Source: Eledone cirrhosa
Taxonomy: Eukaryota
DNA: 64,000 nt
Assembly: GCA_964016885.1 (NCBI GenBank)
Contig: OZ024753.1
Location: 26,412,001-26,476,000 of the forward strand
Direction of reading: 5' to 3'
Shown one piece after another: positions 1 through 13,132 of the stretch; positions within the stretch are counted from its first letter, which is position 1; every line of letters begins with the position of its first letter. The translations under genes and the position numbers were made by a program. Below the pieces are notes generated by a model. That model ran no database searches and was not told where the DNA came from. It saw only the letters and a program-made list of their open reading frames with translations.

Positions 1-3000
1 TAAGTCTAAGGTTTGGAGCTGGGGTTTAATTTTAAGTCTAAGTCTTGAGGTTGGCGTTTAAATCTATGTCTATGGCTTGGAGTTTAAGTCTAAGTGTAAT
101 GCTAGTGGTTGAGTTTTAAGTCTAAGTCTAAGACTTGGGGTTGAGGTACAAGTATAAGTCTAAGGCTTGGAGTTGGGGTTTAGGTCTACGTCTAAGGCTT
201 GAGGTTGGAGTTTAAATCTGTCTATGGCTTGGGGTTGGGGTTTAAATCTATGTCTATGGCTTGGGGTTTAAGTCTAAGTCTAAGGCTTATGGTTGGGGTA
301 AGTCTAAGTCTAAGGCTTGGGTTTAATTCTAAGACAAAGGGTTGGGGTTGGGGTTTAAGTTTAAGTCTAAGGCTAATGAATTGGTGTTTAAGTCTAAGTC
401 TAAGGCTTGGGGTTGGGGTTTATGTCTAAGCCTTGTGGTTATGGTTTAATTCTAAGGCTTGGAGTTGGGGTTTAAGTCTAAGTCTAATGCTAGTGGTTGG
501 GGTTTAAGTCTAATTCTAAGAATTGCGGTTGGGGTTCAAGTCTAAGTCTAAATCTTGGGGTTGTGGTTTATGTCGATGTCTAAAGCTTGGGGTTGCGGTT
601 TCAGTCTGTGTCTAAGGCTTGGGGTTGTAGTTTAAGTCTAAATCTAAGGCTTGGGGTTGGGGTTAGGTTGTACGACTAAGACATGTTGTTAGGGTTTAAT
701 TGTAAGGCTTGCTGTTGTGGTTTAATTCTATTTATAAGGCTTTGGGTTTGGGTTTAATTCTAAGTCTAAGGCTTTGGTTTAAGGGTTGGGGTTAGGGTTT
801 AAGTCTGAGGCCTTGAGTTGGGCTTTCAGTCTAAGTCTAAGTCTTGGGGTTGGGGTTTAAATCTAAGTGTAAGGCTTTGGGTTGAGGTTTAAGTCTATGT
901 CTAATGCTTGTGGTTGGGTTTAAGTCTAAGTCTAAGACTTGGGGTTGGGGTTTAAGTCTAAGGCTTGGGGGTTGGGGTTTAAGCCTAAGTCTAACGCTTG
1001 GGGTAGGGGTTTATGTCTAAGGCTTGGGGTTAGGGTTTATGTCTAAGGCTTGGTGTTGGGGTTTAATTCTAAGTCTAAGGCATGGGTTTAATCTAAGTCA
1101 AAGGCTTGGGGTTGGGGTTTAAGTCTAAGGCTTGGGGTTAGTGTTTATGTCTAAGGCTTGGGGTTGGGGTTCAAGTCTAAGTCTAAGGCTTGGGGTTGGG
1201 GTTTAAATCTATGTCTATTGCTTGGGCTTTAAGTCTAAGTCTAAGGCTTGGAGTTGGGGTTTAAATCTAAGTCTAATATTTGTGGTTGGGGTTTATGTCG
1301 ATGTCTAAAGCTTGGGGATGGGGTTTAAGTCTATGTATAAGGCTTGGGGTTGGAGTTTAAGTCTAAATCTAAGGCTTGGGGTTGGCGTTTAAGTTTACGG
1401 TTTGGACTAAGGCTTGGGGTTGGGGTTCGGTTTTAAGACTAAGTCTTGTTGTTAGGGTTTAATTCTAAGTCTAAAGCTTTGGTTCGGGATTAGTGTCTAT
1501 GTCTAAGGCTTGAGGTTGTGGTTTAAGTCTAAGTCTAAGTCTTGGAGTTGGGGTTTAAGTCTAAGTCTAAGCCTTGGTGTTGGGGTTTAAGTCTAAGTTT
1601 AAGGCTTGGGGTTGGGGTTTAAGTCTAAATCTAAGGCTTCGGGTTAGGGTTTAAGTTTAAGTCTAAAGCTTCGGTTTGCGGTTTAAGTCTAGCTAAGGCT
1701 TGGGGTTGGTCTTTAAGTCTAAGTTGGGAATTAAGTCTATGTCTAAGGCTTTGGTTTTGGGTTTAAATCTAAATGTAAGGCTTGGGGGTTTGTGTTTAAG
1801 CCTAAGTCTAAGGCTTGGGGTTGGGGTTTAAATCTAAGGCTTGGGGTTAGGGTTTAAATCTAAGTCTAATGCTAGTGGTTGGGTTGTAAGTTAAGTCTAA
1901 GGCTTGGGCTTGGGGTTTAAGTCTATCTCTAAATCTTGGGGTTGGGGATTAAATCTATGTCTAAGATTTTGGGTCGTGATTTAAGTCTAAGTCTAAGGCC
2001 TGGGGTTGAGGTTTAAATCTAAGTCTAAGGCTTGAAATTGGGGTTTAATTTTAAGTCTAAGGCTAGGAGTTGGGGCTCAAGTGTAAGTCTAAGGCTTGGG
2101 TTTAGCGTTTATATCTATGTCTAAGTCTTGGGGTTTAAGTCTAAGTCTACGTCTTGAGGTTGGCGTTTAAGTCTAAGTCTAAGGTTTGGAGCTGGGGTTT
2201 AATTCTAAGTCTAAGTCTTGAGGTTGGCGTTTAAATCTATGTCTATGGCTTGGAGTTTAAGTCTAAGTGTAATGCTAGTGGTTGGGTTTTAAGTCTAAGT
2301 CTAAGGCTTGGGGTTGAGGTTCAAGTATAAGTCTAAGGCTTGGGGTTGGGGTTTAAGTCTACGTCTAAGGCTTGAGGTTGGAGTTTAAATCTATGTCTAT
2401 GGCTTGGGGTTTAAGTCTAAGTCTAAGGCTTATGGTTGGGGTAAGTTTAAGTCTAAGGCTTGGGGCTAGGATTTAAGTCTAAGGCTTGTTGTTAGGGTTT
2501 AATTCTAAGGCTTGGGGTTGTGGTTTAAGTCTATGTATAAGGCTTGTGTTTGTGGTTTAAGTCTAAGTCTAAGGCTCTGTTTTGGGGTTAGTGTCTACGT
2601 CTAAGCCTTGAGGTTGGAGTTTAAGTCTAAGTCTAAGTCTTGGAGTTGGGGTTTAAGTTTACGTCTAAGGCTTGGGGTTGGGGTTTAAGTCTAAGTCTAA
2701 GGCTTGGGGTTGGGGTTCAAGTCTAAGTCTAAGACTTGGGATTGGTCATTTAAGTTTAAGTCTAAGACTTGTGTTTAGGGTTTAAATTTAAGTCTAAAAC
2801 TTCGGTTTGTGGTTTAAGTCTAATTCTAAGGCATTGGGTAGAGGTTTACGTCTACCACTAAGGCTTGGGGTTGGTCCCTAAGTCTAAGGCTTGTGGTTGG
2901 GGTTTAAGTCTAAGTCCTATGCTTGTGGTTGGGGTTCAAATCTAAGTCTAACGCTTGCGCTTGATCTTCAAGTCTAACTCTAAGGCTTGGGGTTGGGTTA

Positions 3001-5099
3001 TAAGTCTAAGTCTAAGGCTTGTGGTTGGGGTTTAAATCTATGTCTAAGGCTTGGGGTTTAATTCTAAGTCTAAAGCTTAATGTTGGGGATTAAGTCTAAG
3101 CCTAAGGCTTGGGGTTCGGGTTTAAGTCTAAGTCTAAGGCTTGGTGTTGGGGTTTAAGTTTAAGTCTAAGGTTTGGTGTTGGGGATTATGTCTATGACTA
3201 AGGCTTTGGGTTGTCGTTTAAGTCTAAGTCTAAGGCCTGGAGTTGGTATTTAAATCTAAGTCTAAGGAGTGGAGGTCGAGGTTTAAGTCGATGTCTAAGG
3301 TTTGGGGTGGGGGTTTAATTTTAAGTCTAAGGCTAGGTGTTGGTGTTTGAGTCAAAGTCTAAGGCTTGGGGATGGGGTTTATGTCTAAGGCTTGTGGTTA
3401 TGGTTTAATTCTGAGGCTTGGAGTAAGGCTTGAGGTTGGGGTTTAAGTCTAGTTCTAAGGCTTGAGGTTGGGGTTTAAATCTATGTCTATGGCTTGGGGT
3501 TTAAATCTAAGTCTAATTCTTAAGGTTGGGGTTTAGGTCTAAGTCTAAGTCTTGTGGTTGGGTTTTATGTCGAAGTCCAAACTTGGAGTTGGGGTTTAAG
3601 GATACGTCTAAGGCTAGGGGTTGGGGTGTAAGTCTAAGTCTAAGGCTTGGGGTTTGGGTTTAAGTCTAAGGCCTGGAGTTGTGCTTTAAGTCTAAGTCAA
3701 AGGCTTGGGTTTGGGGTTAAAGTCTAAATCTAAGTCTTGTGGTTGGGGTTTAAGTCTAAGTCTAAGGCTTGGAGCTGGGGTTTAAGTCTAAATCTAAGTC
3801 TTGAGGTTGGGGTTTAAATCTATGTCTATGGCTTGGAGTTTAAGTCTAAGTCTAATGCTAGTGGTTGGGTTTTAAGTCTAAATCTTAGGCTTGGGGTTGG
3901 GGTTCAATTTTAAGTCTGAGGCTTGAGGTTGGGGTTAAGTCTAAGTCTAAGACTTGGGGTTAGGGTTTATGTCTAATGCTTGGTGTTGGGGTTTAAGTCT
4001 AAGTCTAAGGCTTGGGTTTAAGTCTAAGTCAAAGGCTAGGGGTTGGGGTTTAAGTTTAAGTCTAAGCCTAGGAGTTGGTGTTTATGTTCACCGGTTGGGC
4101 TGAGGCTTGGTGTTGGGGTTCGGTTTTAAGACTAAGTCTTGTCAGGGTTTAATTCTAAGGCTTGGTGTTGTGGTTTAAGTCTATGTATAAGGCTTGTGTT
4201 TGTGGTTTAACTCTAAGTCTAAGGCTCTGGATTGGGGTTAGTATCTACGTCTAAGGCTTGAGGTTGGAGTTTAAGTCTAAGTCTAAGTCTTGGAGTTGGG
4301 GTTTAAGTTTACGTCTAATGCTAGTGGTTGGGGTTTAACTCTAAGTCTAAGGCTTGGGGTTGGGGTTCAAATCTAATTATAAGACTTGGGATTGGTCATT
4401 TAATTATAAGTCTAAGGCTTGTGGTTAGGGTTTAAGTTTTATTCTAAAGCTTCGGTTTGGGGTTTAAGTCTAATTCTAAGGCTTTCGGTAGAGGTTTAAG
4501 TCTACAACTAAGGCTTGGGGTTGGTCCCTAAGTCTAAGCCTTGGGGTTGGGGTTTAAGTCTAAGTCTTATGGTTGTGGTTGGGGTTCAAATCTAAGTCTA
4601 ACGCTTGCGCTTGATCTTCAAGTATAACTCTAACGCTTGGGGTTGGGGTGTAAGTCTAAGTCTAAGGCTTGGATTTAAGTCTAAGTCAAAGGCTTGGGTT
4701 TGGGGTTAAAGTCTAAGTCTAAGTCTTGTGGTTGGGGTTTAAGTCTAAGTCTAAGGCTTGGAGCTGGGTTTTAAGTCTAAATCTAAGTCTTGAGGTTGGG
4801 GTTTAAATCTATGTCTATGGCTTGGAGTTTAAGTCTAAGTCTAATGCTAGTGGTTGGGTTTTAAGTCTAAATCTTAGGCTTGGGGTTGGGGTTCAAGTTT
4901 AAGTCTGAGGCTTGAGGTTGGGGTTAAGTCTAAGTCTAAGACTTTGGGTTGGGGTTTAAGTCTAAGGCTTGGTGGTTGGGGTTTAAGCCTAAGTCTAAAG
5001 CTTGAGGTTGGGGTTTAAGTCTAAGACTTGGGGTAAGGGTTTATGTCTAAGGCTTGGTGTTGGGGTTTAAGTCTAAGTCTAAGGCTTGGGTTTAAGTCT

Positions 5100-8000
5100 A
5101 AGTCAAAGGCTAGGGGTTGGGGTTTAAGTTTAAGTCTAAGCCTAGGAGTTGGTGTTTAAGTTCACCGGTTGGGCTGAGGCTTGGGGTTGGGGTTCGGTTT
5201 TAAGACTAAGTCTTGTTAGGGTTTAATTCTAAGGCTTGGTGTTATGGTTTAAGATTATGCATATGGCTTGGGGTCGGGGTTTAATTCTAAGTCTAGGGCT
5301 TTGGTTTGGGGTTAGTGTCGATGTCTAAGGCTTGAGGTTGGGGTTTAAGTCTAAGTCTAAGTCTTGGAGTTGGGGTTTAAGTTTACGTCTAAGGCTAGGG
5401 GTTGGGGTGTAAGTCTACGTCTAAGGCTTGGGGTTGGGGTTTAAGTCTAAGGCCAGGAGTTCGGTTTTAAGTTGAAGTCTAAGGCTTGGGGTTGTGGTTT
5501 AAGTCGAACTCTAAGGCTTTGGGTTGAAGTTTAAGTTTATGTCTAAGGCTTTGGGTAGAGGTTTAAGTCTACGTCTAAGGCTTGGGGTTGGTCTTTAAGT
5601 TGAAGTGTTGGGGTTGGGAATTAAGTCTATGTCTAAGGCTTTGGTTTTGGTTTTAAATCTAAATGTACGGCTTGGGGGTTTGTGTTTAAGCCTAAGTCTA
5701 ATGCTTGGGGTTGGGGTTTAAGTCTAAGGCTTGCGGTTAGGGTTTAAGTCTAAGGCTTGGTGTTGGGGTTTAAATCTAAGTCTAATGCTAGTGGTTGGGT
5801 TTCAAGTTAAGTCTAAGGCTTGGGCTTGGGGTTTAAGTCTATGTCTAAGGCTTGAGGTTGGTGTTTAAGTCTAAATCTAAGGCTTTGGGTTAAGGTTTAA
5901 GTCTATGTCTAAGGCTTGGGGTTGGGTTTAAGTCTAAGTCTATGGCTTGTGGTTGGGGTTTAAGTCTAGCTCTAAGTCTTGGGGTTGAGGTTTAAGTCTT
6001 AGTCTAAGTCTTGAGGTTGGGGTTTAAGTCTACGTCTAAGGCTTGAGGTTGGGGTTTAAATCTATGACCATGGCTTGGGGTTTATGTATAAGTCTAAGGT
6101 TTTGGGTTTGGGGTTAAGTCTAAGTCAAAGACTTTGGGTTGGGTTTTAAGTCTAAGGCTTGGGGTTTAAGCCTAAGTCTAAAGCTTGGGGTTGGGGTTTA
6201 AGTCTATGTCTAAGACTTGTGGTTGGGTTCAAGTGTAAGTCTAAGGCTTGGGGTTGGGGTTTGAATCTATGTCTATGGATTGGGGTTTAATTCTAAGTCT
6301 AAGGCTTAATGTTGGGGTTTAAGTCTAAGTCTAAGGCTTGGGGTTGGGGTTTAAGTCTAAGTCTAATGCTTGTGGTTAGGGTTTATGTCGATGTCTAAAT
6401 CTTGGGGTTGGCGTTTAAGTCTATGTCTAAGGCTTGGGGTTGGAGTTTAAGTTTACGGGTTGGGCTAAGGCTTGGGGTTGGGGTTCGGTCTTGAGACTAA
6501 GTCTTGTTGTTAGGGTTTAATTCTAAGGCTTGATGTTATGGTTTAAGTCTATCCATAAGTCTTGGAGTTGGGGTTTAATTCTAAGTCTAAGGCTTTGGTT
6601 TGGGGTTAGTGTGTATATCTAAGGCTTGATGTTGGGGTTTATGTCTAAGCCTAAGTCTTGGAGTTGGGGTTTAAGTTTACGTCTAAGGCTAGGGGTTGGG
6701 GTGTAAGTCTACGTCTAAGGCTTGGGGTTGGAGTTTAAGTCTATGTCTAAGCCTTGGGTTTGGGGTTTAAGTCTAAGTTTAAGGTTTGGGGTTAGGGTTT
6801 AAGTCTAAGGCCTGGAGTTGGGCTTTAAGTCTAAGTCTAAGGCTTGTGGTTGGGATTTAAGTCTAACTCTAAGGCTTTGGGTTGAAGTTTAAGTCTATGT
6901 CTAAGGCTTGGGGTTGGGTTAAAGTCTAAGTCTATGGCTTGTGGTTGGGGTTTAAGTCTAACTCTAAGTCTTGGGGTTGAGGTTTAAGTCTAAGTCTAAG
7001 TCTTGAGGTTGGGGTTTAAGTCTACGTCTAAGGCTTGAGGTTGGGGTTTAAATCTATGAATATGGCTTGGGGTTTATGTATAAGTCTAAGGCTTTGGGTT
7101 TGGGGTTAAGTCTAAGTCTAAGACTTTGGGTTGGGTTTTCAGTCTAAGGCTTGGGGGTTGGGGTTTAAGCCTAAGTCTAAAGCTTGGGGTTAGGGTTTAA
7201 GTCTAAGGCTTGGGGTTAGGGTTTATGTCTAAGGCTTGGTGTTGGGGTTTAAGTCTAAGTCTAAGGCTTGGGTTTAAGTCTAAGTCAAAGGCTATTGGTT
7301 GGGGTTTAAGTTTAGGTCTAAGGCTAGGAGTTGGTGCCTAAGCTTGGGATTGTGTTTTATGTCTAAGCCTTGTGGTTATGGTTTAATTCTAAGTCTTGGT
7401 GTTGGGGTTTAAGCCTAAGTCTAAAGCTTGGGGTTGGGGTTTAAGTCTATGTCTAAGACTTGGGGTTGGGTTTTAAGTGTAAGTCTAAGGCTTGGGGTTG
7501 GGGTTTAAATCTATGTCTATGGATTGGGGTTTAAGTCTAAGTCTAAGGCTAAATGTTGGGGTTTAAGTCTAAGTCTAATGCTTGTGGTTAGGGTTTATGT
7601 CGATGTTTAAATCTTGGGGTTGGGGTTTAAGTATATGTCTAAGGCTTGGGGTTGGAGTTTAAGTTTACGGTTTGGGCTAAGGCTTGGGGTTGGGGTTCGG
7701 TCTTGAGACTAAGTCTTGTTGTTAGGGTTTAATTCTAAGGCTTGGTGTTATGGTTTAAGCCTATCCATAAGTCTTGGAGTTGGGGTTTAATTCTAAGTCT
7801 AAGGCTTTGGTTTGGGGTTAGTGTATATATCTAAGGCTTGATGTTGGTGTTCATGTCTAAGCCTAAGTCTTGGAGTTGGGGTTTAAGTTTACGTCTAAGG
7901 CTAGGGGTTGGGGTGTAAGTCTACGTCTAAGGCTTGGGATTGGGGTTTAAGTCTATGTCTAAGCCTTGTGGTTGGGGTTTAAGTCTAAGTTTAAGGCTTG

Positions 8001-11000
8001 GGGTTAGGGTTTAAGTCTAAGGCCTGGAGTTGGGCTTTAAGTCTAAGTCTAAGGCTTGTGATTGGGATTTAAGTCTAACTCTAAGGCTTTGGGTTGAAGT
8101 TTAAGTCTATGTCTAAGGCTTGGAGTTGCGGTTTAAGTCTAAGTCTAAGGCTTCGGGTTAGGGTTTATGTTTAAGTCTAAATCTTCAGTTTGGGGTTTAA
8201 GTCTAATTTTAAGGCTTTGGATAGAGTTTTAAGTCTACGTCAAATGCTTGGGTTTGGTCTTTAAGTCTATACCTAAGGCTTTAGTTTTGGGTTTAAATCT
8301 AAATGTAAGGCTTGGGAGTTTGTGTTTATGCCTAAGTCTAAGGCTTGGGGCTGGTGTTTAAGTCTAAGGCTTGGGGTTAGTGTTTAAGTCTAAGGCTTGG
8401 TGTTGGGATTTAAATCTAAGTCTAATGCTAGTGGTTGGGTTTTAAGTTAAGTCTAAGGCTTGGGCTTGGGGTTTAATTTAAGTCTATGTCTAAGGCTTGG
8501 GGTTGGGGATTAAATCTACGTCTAAGGCTTTGTGTTGTGATTTAAGTCTAAGGCTAAGGCCTGGGGTTGAGGTTTAAATCTAAGTCTAAGGCTTAGGGTT
8601 GGGGTTTAAGTTTAATTCTAAGGCTAGGAGTTGGGGCTCGCGTCTAAGTCTAAGGCTTGGGTTTGGCGTTTAAATCTATGTCTAAGTCTTGGGGTTGGGG
8701 TTTAAGTCTAAGTCTAATGCTTGGGTTTGGGGTTTAAGTCTAAGTCTAAGGCTTTGGGTTGAGGTTTAATTTAAGTCTAAGGCTTGGAGCTGGGGTTTAA
8801 GTCTAAGTCTAAATCTTGAGGTCGGCGTTTAAATCTATGTCTATGGCTTGGAGTTTAAGTCTAAGTCTAATGCTAGTGGTTGGGTTTTAAGTCTAAGTCT
8901 AAGGCTTGGGGTTGGGGTTCAAGTCTATGTCTAAAGATTGAGGTTGGGGTTTAAATCTATGTCAAAGGCTTGGGGTTGGGGTTTAAGTCTAAATCTAAGT
9001 CTTTGGGTCGGGGCTTAAGTTTACGTGTTGGGCTAAGGCTTGGGGTTAGGTTTTAAGTTTAAGTCTAAAGCTTCGGTTTGGGGTTTAAGTCTAATTCTAA
9101 GGTTTTGGGTATAGGTTTAAGTCTACGACTAAGGCTTGGGGTAGGTCTTTAAGTCTAAGGCTAGGGGTTGGGGTTTAAGTCTAAGTCTAAGGCTTGGTGT
9201 TGGGGATTATGTCTATGACTAAGGCTTTGGGTTGTGGTTTAAGTCTAAGTCTAAGGCCTGGGGTTGGTATTTATATATAAGTCAAAGACTAGGGCTTGGG
9301 GTTTAAGTTTAAGTCTAAGCCTAGGAGTTGGTGTTTAAGTTCACCGGTTGGGCTGAGGCTTGGGGTTAGGGTTCGGTTTTAAGACTAAGTCTTGTTAGGG
9401 TTTAATTCTAAGGCTTGGTGTTATGGTTTAAGTTTATGCATATGGCTTGGGGTTGGGGTTTAATTCTAAGTCTAAGGCTTTGGTTTGGGGTTAGTGTCGA
9501 TGTCTAAGGCTTGAGGTTGGGGTTTAAGTCTAAGTCTAAGTCTTGGAGTTGGGGTTTAAGTTTACGTCTAAGGCTAGGGGTTGGGGTGTAAGTCTAAGGC
9601 CTGGAGTTCGGCTTTAAGTTGAAGTCTAAGGCTTGGGTTGTGGTTTAAGTCTAACTCTAAGGTTTTGGGTTGAAGTTTAAGTCTATGTCTAAGGCTTGGG
9701 TTTGGGGTTTAAGTCTAAGTCCAAGGCTTCGGGATAGGGTCTAAGTTTAAGTCTAAAGCCTCGGTTTGGGGTTTAAGTCTAATTCTAAAGCTTTGGGTAG
9801 AGGTTTAAGTCTACGTCTAAGGCTTGGGGTGGTCTTTATGTCTAAGTGTTGGGGTTGGGAATTAAGTCTATGTCTAAGGCTTTGGTTTTGGGTTTAAATC
9901 TAAATGTAAGGCTTGGGGGTATGTGTTTAAGCCTAAGTCTAAGGCTTGGTGTTGGGGTTTAAGTCTAAGGCTTGCGGTTAGGGTTTAAGTCTAAGGCTTG
10001 GTGTTGGGGTTTAAATCTAAGTCTAATGCTAGTGGTTGGGTTTAAGTTAAGTCTAAGGCTTGGGCTTGGGGTTTAAGTCTATGTCTAAGGCTTGAGGTTG
10101 GTGTTTAAGTCTAAGTCTAAGGCTTTGGGTTAAGGTTTAAGTCTAAGTCTATGGCTTGTGGTTGGGGTTTAAGTCTAACTCTAAGTCTTGGGGTTGAGGT
10201 TTAAGTCTACGTCTAAGGCTTGAGGTTGGGGTTTAAATCTATGACTATGGCTTGGGGTTTATGTATAAGTCTGAGGCTTTGGATTTGGGGTTAAGTCTAA
10301 GTCTAAGACTTTGGGTTGGGTTTTAAGTCTAAGGCTTGGGGGTTGGGGTTTAAGCCTAAGTCTAAAGCTTGGGGTTAGGGTTTAAGTCTAAGGCTTGGGG
10401 TTAGGGTTTATGTCTAAGGCTCGGTGTTGGGGTTTAAGTCTAAGTCTAAGGCTTGGGTTTAAGTCTAAGTCAAAGGCTAGGGGTTGGGGTTTAAGTTTAA
10501 GTCTAAGGCTAGGAGTTGGTGTTTAAGTCTAAGTCTAAGGCTTGGGGTTGTGTTTTATGTCTAAGCCTTGTGGTTATGGTTTAATTCTAAGGCTTGGTGT
10601 TGGGGTTTAAGCCTAAGTCTAAAGCTTGGGGTTGGGGTTTAAGTCTATATCTAAGACTTGGGGTTGGGGTTCAAGTGTAAGTCTAAGGCTTGGGGTTGGG
10701 GTTTAAATCTATGTCTATGGATTGGGGTTTTGATTCTAAGTCTAAGGCTTAATGTTGGGGTTTAAGTCTAAGTCTAAGGCTTGGGGTTGGGGTTTAAGTC
10801 TAAGTCTAATGCTTGTGGTTAGGGTTTATGTCGATGTCTAAATCTTGGGGTTGGCGTTTAAGTCTATGTCTAAGGCTTGGGGTTGGAGTTTAAGTTTACG
10901 GGTTGGGCTAAGTCTTGGGGTTGGGGTTCGGTCTTGAGACTAAGTCTTGTTGTTAGGGTTTAATTCTAAGGCTTGGTGTTATGGTTTAAGTCTATCCATA

Positions 11001-12507
11001 AGTCTTGGAGTTGGGGTTTAATTCTAAGTCTAAGGCTTTGGTTTGGGGTTAGTGTGTATATCTAAGGCTTGATGTTGGGGTTTATGTCTACGCCTAAGTC
11101 TTGGAGTTGGGGTTTAAGTTTACGTCTAAGGCTAGGGGTTGGGGTGTAAGTCTACGTCTAAGGCTTGGGGTTGGGGTTTAAGTCTATGTCTAAGCCTTGG
11201 GTTTGGGGTTTAAGTCTAAGTTTAAGGTTTGGGGTTAGGGTTTAAGTCTAAGGCCTGGAGTTGGGCTTTAAGTCTAAGTCTAAGGCTTGTGGTTGGGATT
11301 TAAGTCTAACTCTAAGGCTTTGGGTTGAAGTTTAAGTCTATGTCTAAGGCTTGGAGTTGGGGTTTAAGTCTAACTCTAAGGCTTCGGGTTAGGGTTTATG
11401 TTTAAGTCTAAATCTTCAGTTTGGGGTTTAAGTCTAATTTTAAGGCTTTGGATAGAGGTTTAAGTCTACGTCAAAGGCTTGGGTTGGTCTTTAAGTCTAT
11501 ACCTAAGGCTTTGGTTTTGGGTTTAAATCTAAATGTAAGGCTTGGGAGTTTGTGTTTATGCCTAAGTCTAAGGCTTGGGGCTGGTGTTTAAGTCTAAGGC
11601 TTGGGGTTAGTGTTTAAGTCTAAGGCTTGGTGTTGGGATTTAAATCTAAGTCTAATGCTAGTGGTTGGGTTTTAAGTTAAGTCTAAGTCTTGGGCTTGGG
11701 GTTTAAGTTAAGTCTATGTCTAAGGCTTGGGGTTGGGGATTAAATCTACGTCTAAGGCTTTGTGATGTGATTTAAGTCTAAGGCTAAGGCCTGGGGTTGA
11801 GGTTTAAATCTAAGTCTAAGGCTTAGGGTTGGGGTTTAAGTTTAATTCTAAGGCTAGGAGTTGGGGCTCGCGTCTAAGTCTAAGGCTTGGGTTTGGCGTT
11901 TAAATCTATGTCTAAGTCTTGGGGTTGGGGTTTAAGTCTAAGTCTAATGCTTGGGTTTGGGGTTTAAGTCTAAGTCTAAGGCTTTGGGTTGAGGTTTAAT
12001 TTAAGTCTAAGGCTTGGAGCTGGGGTTTAAGTCTAAGTCTAAATCTTGAGGTCGGCGTTTAAATCTATGTCTATGGCTTGGAGTTTAAGTCTAAGTCTTA
12101 TGCTAGTGGTTGGGTTTTAAGTCTAAGTCTAAGGCTTGGGGTTGGGGTTCAAGTCTATGTCTAAGGATTGAGGTTGGGGTTTAAGTCTATGTCAAAGGCT
12201 TGGAGTTGGGGTTTAAGTCTAAATCTAAGTCTTTGGGTTGGGGTTTAAGTTTACGTGTTGGGCTAAGGCTTGGGGTTAGCTTTTAAGTTTAAGTCTAAAG
12301 CTTCGGTTTGGGGTTTAAGTCTAATTCTAAGGCTTTGGGTATAGGTTTAAGTCTACGACTAAGGCTTGGGGTAGGTCTTTAAGTCTAAGGCTAGGGCTTG
12401 GGGTTTAAGTCTAAGGCTTGGTGTTGGGGATTATGTCTATGACTAAGGCTTTGGGTTGTGGTTTAAGTCTAAGTCTAAGGCCTGGGGTTGGTATTTATAT
12501 ATAAGTC
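5100..12507 (+). repeat. Older imperfect tandem duplication in satellite A: ~5100-9283 vs ~9284-12507 (also at +31,980)
   Basis: Rare variants are shared in order: 'ttcaccggttgggctgagg' 5161/9340, 'tatgcatatgg' ~5256/~9435, 'aaatgtaagg' 8301/11531, 'ggggctcgcgtc' ~8633/~11863, 'ggtatttatatataagtc' ~9266/~12490. The first copy is ~1 kb longer owing to an internal duplication. Confidence 0.8.
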
Positions 12508-13132
12508 TAATGATTGGGGTCGAGGTTTAAGTTTAAATCTAAGGCTAGGAGTTGGGGTTTAAGTCTAAGTCTAATGCTTGAGGTTGGGGGGTTTAAGTCT
12601 AAGTCTAAGGCTTGGGGTTGGGTTTCAAATCTAAGTCTTAGGCTTGGGGTTGGGGTTTAAATCTATGTCTATGGCTTCGGGTTTTAGTCTAAATCTAAGG
12701 CTTATGGTTTGGGTAAGTCTAAGTCTAAGGCTTGGGGTTAGGGTTTAAGTCTAAGTCTAAAACTTGTGGTTGGGGTTTATGTGGAAGTCGAAAGCTTGGG
12801 GTTGAGGTTTAAGTCTATGTCTAAGGCTTGGGGTTGGGGATTAAATCTACGTCTAAGGCTTTGGATTGTGATTTAATGCTAAGTCTAAGGCCTGGGGTTG
12901 AGGTTTAAATCTAAGTCTAAGGCTTAGTGTTGGGTTTAAGTTTTATTCTAAGGCTAGGAGTTGGGGCTAAGTCTAAGGCTTGGGTTTGGCGTTTAAATCT
13001 ATGTCTTATCCTTGGGGTTGGGGTTTAAGTCTAAGTCTAAGGCCTTGGGTTGAGGTTTAAGTTTAATTCTAAGGCTTGGAGCTGGGGTTTAACTCTAAGT
13101 CTAAATCTTGAGGTTGGCGTTTAACTCTATGT

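Noticed and set aside
199-429. 76-aa ORF (also 32179-32409)
   Set aside because: Chance open frame through satellite A hexamers (LSLSLRLG); low complexity with no gene context.
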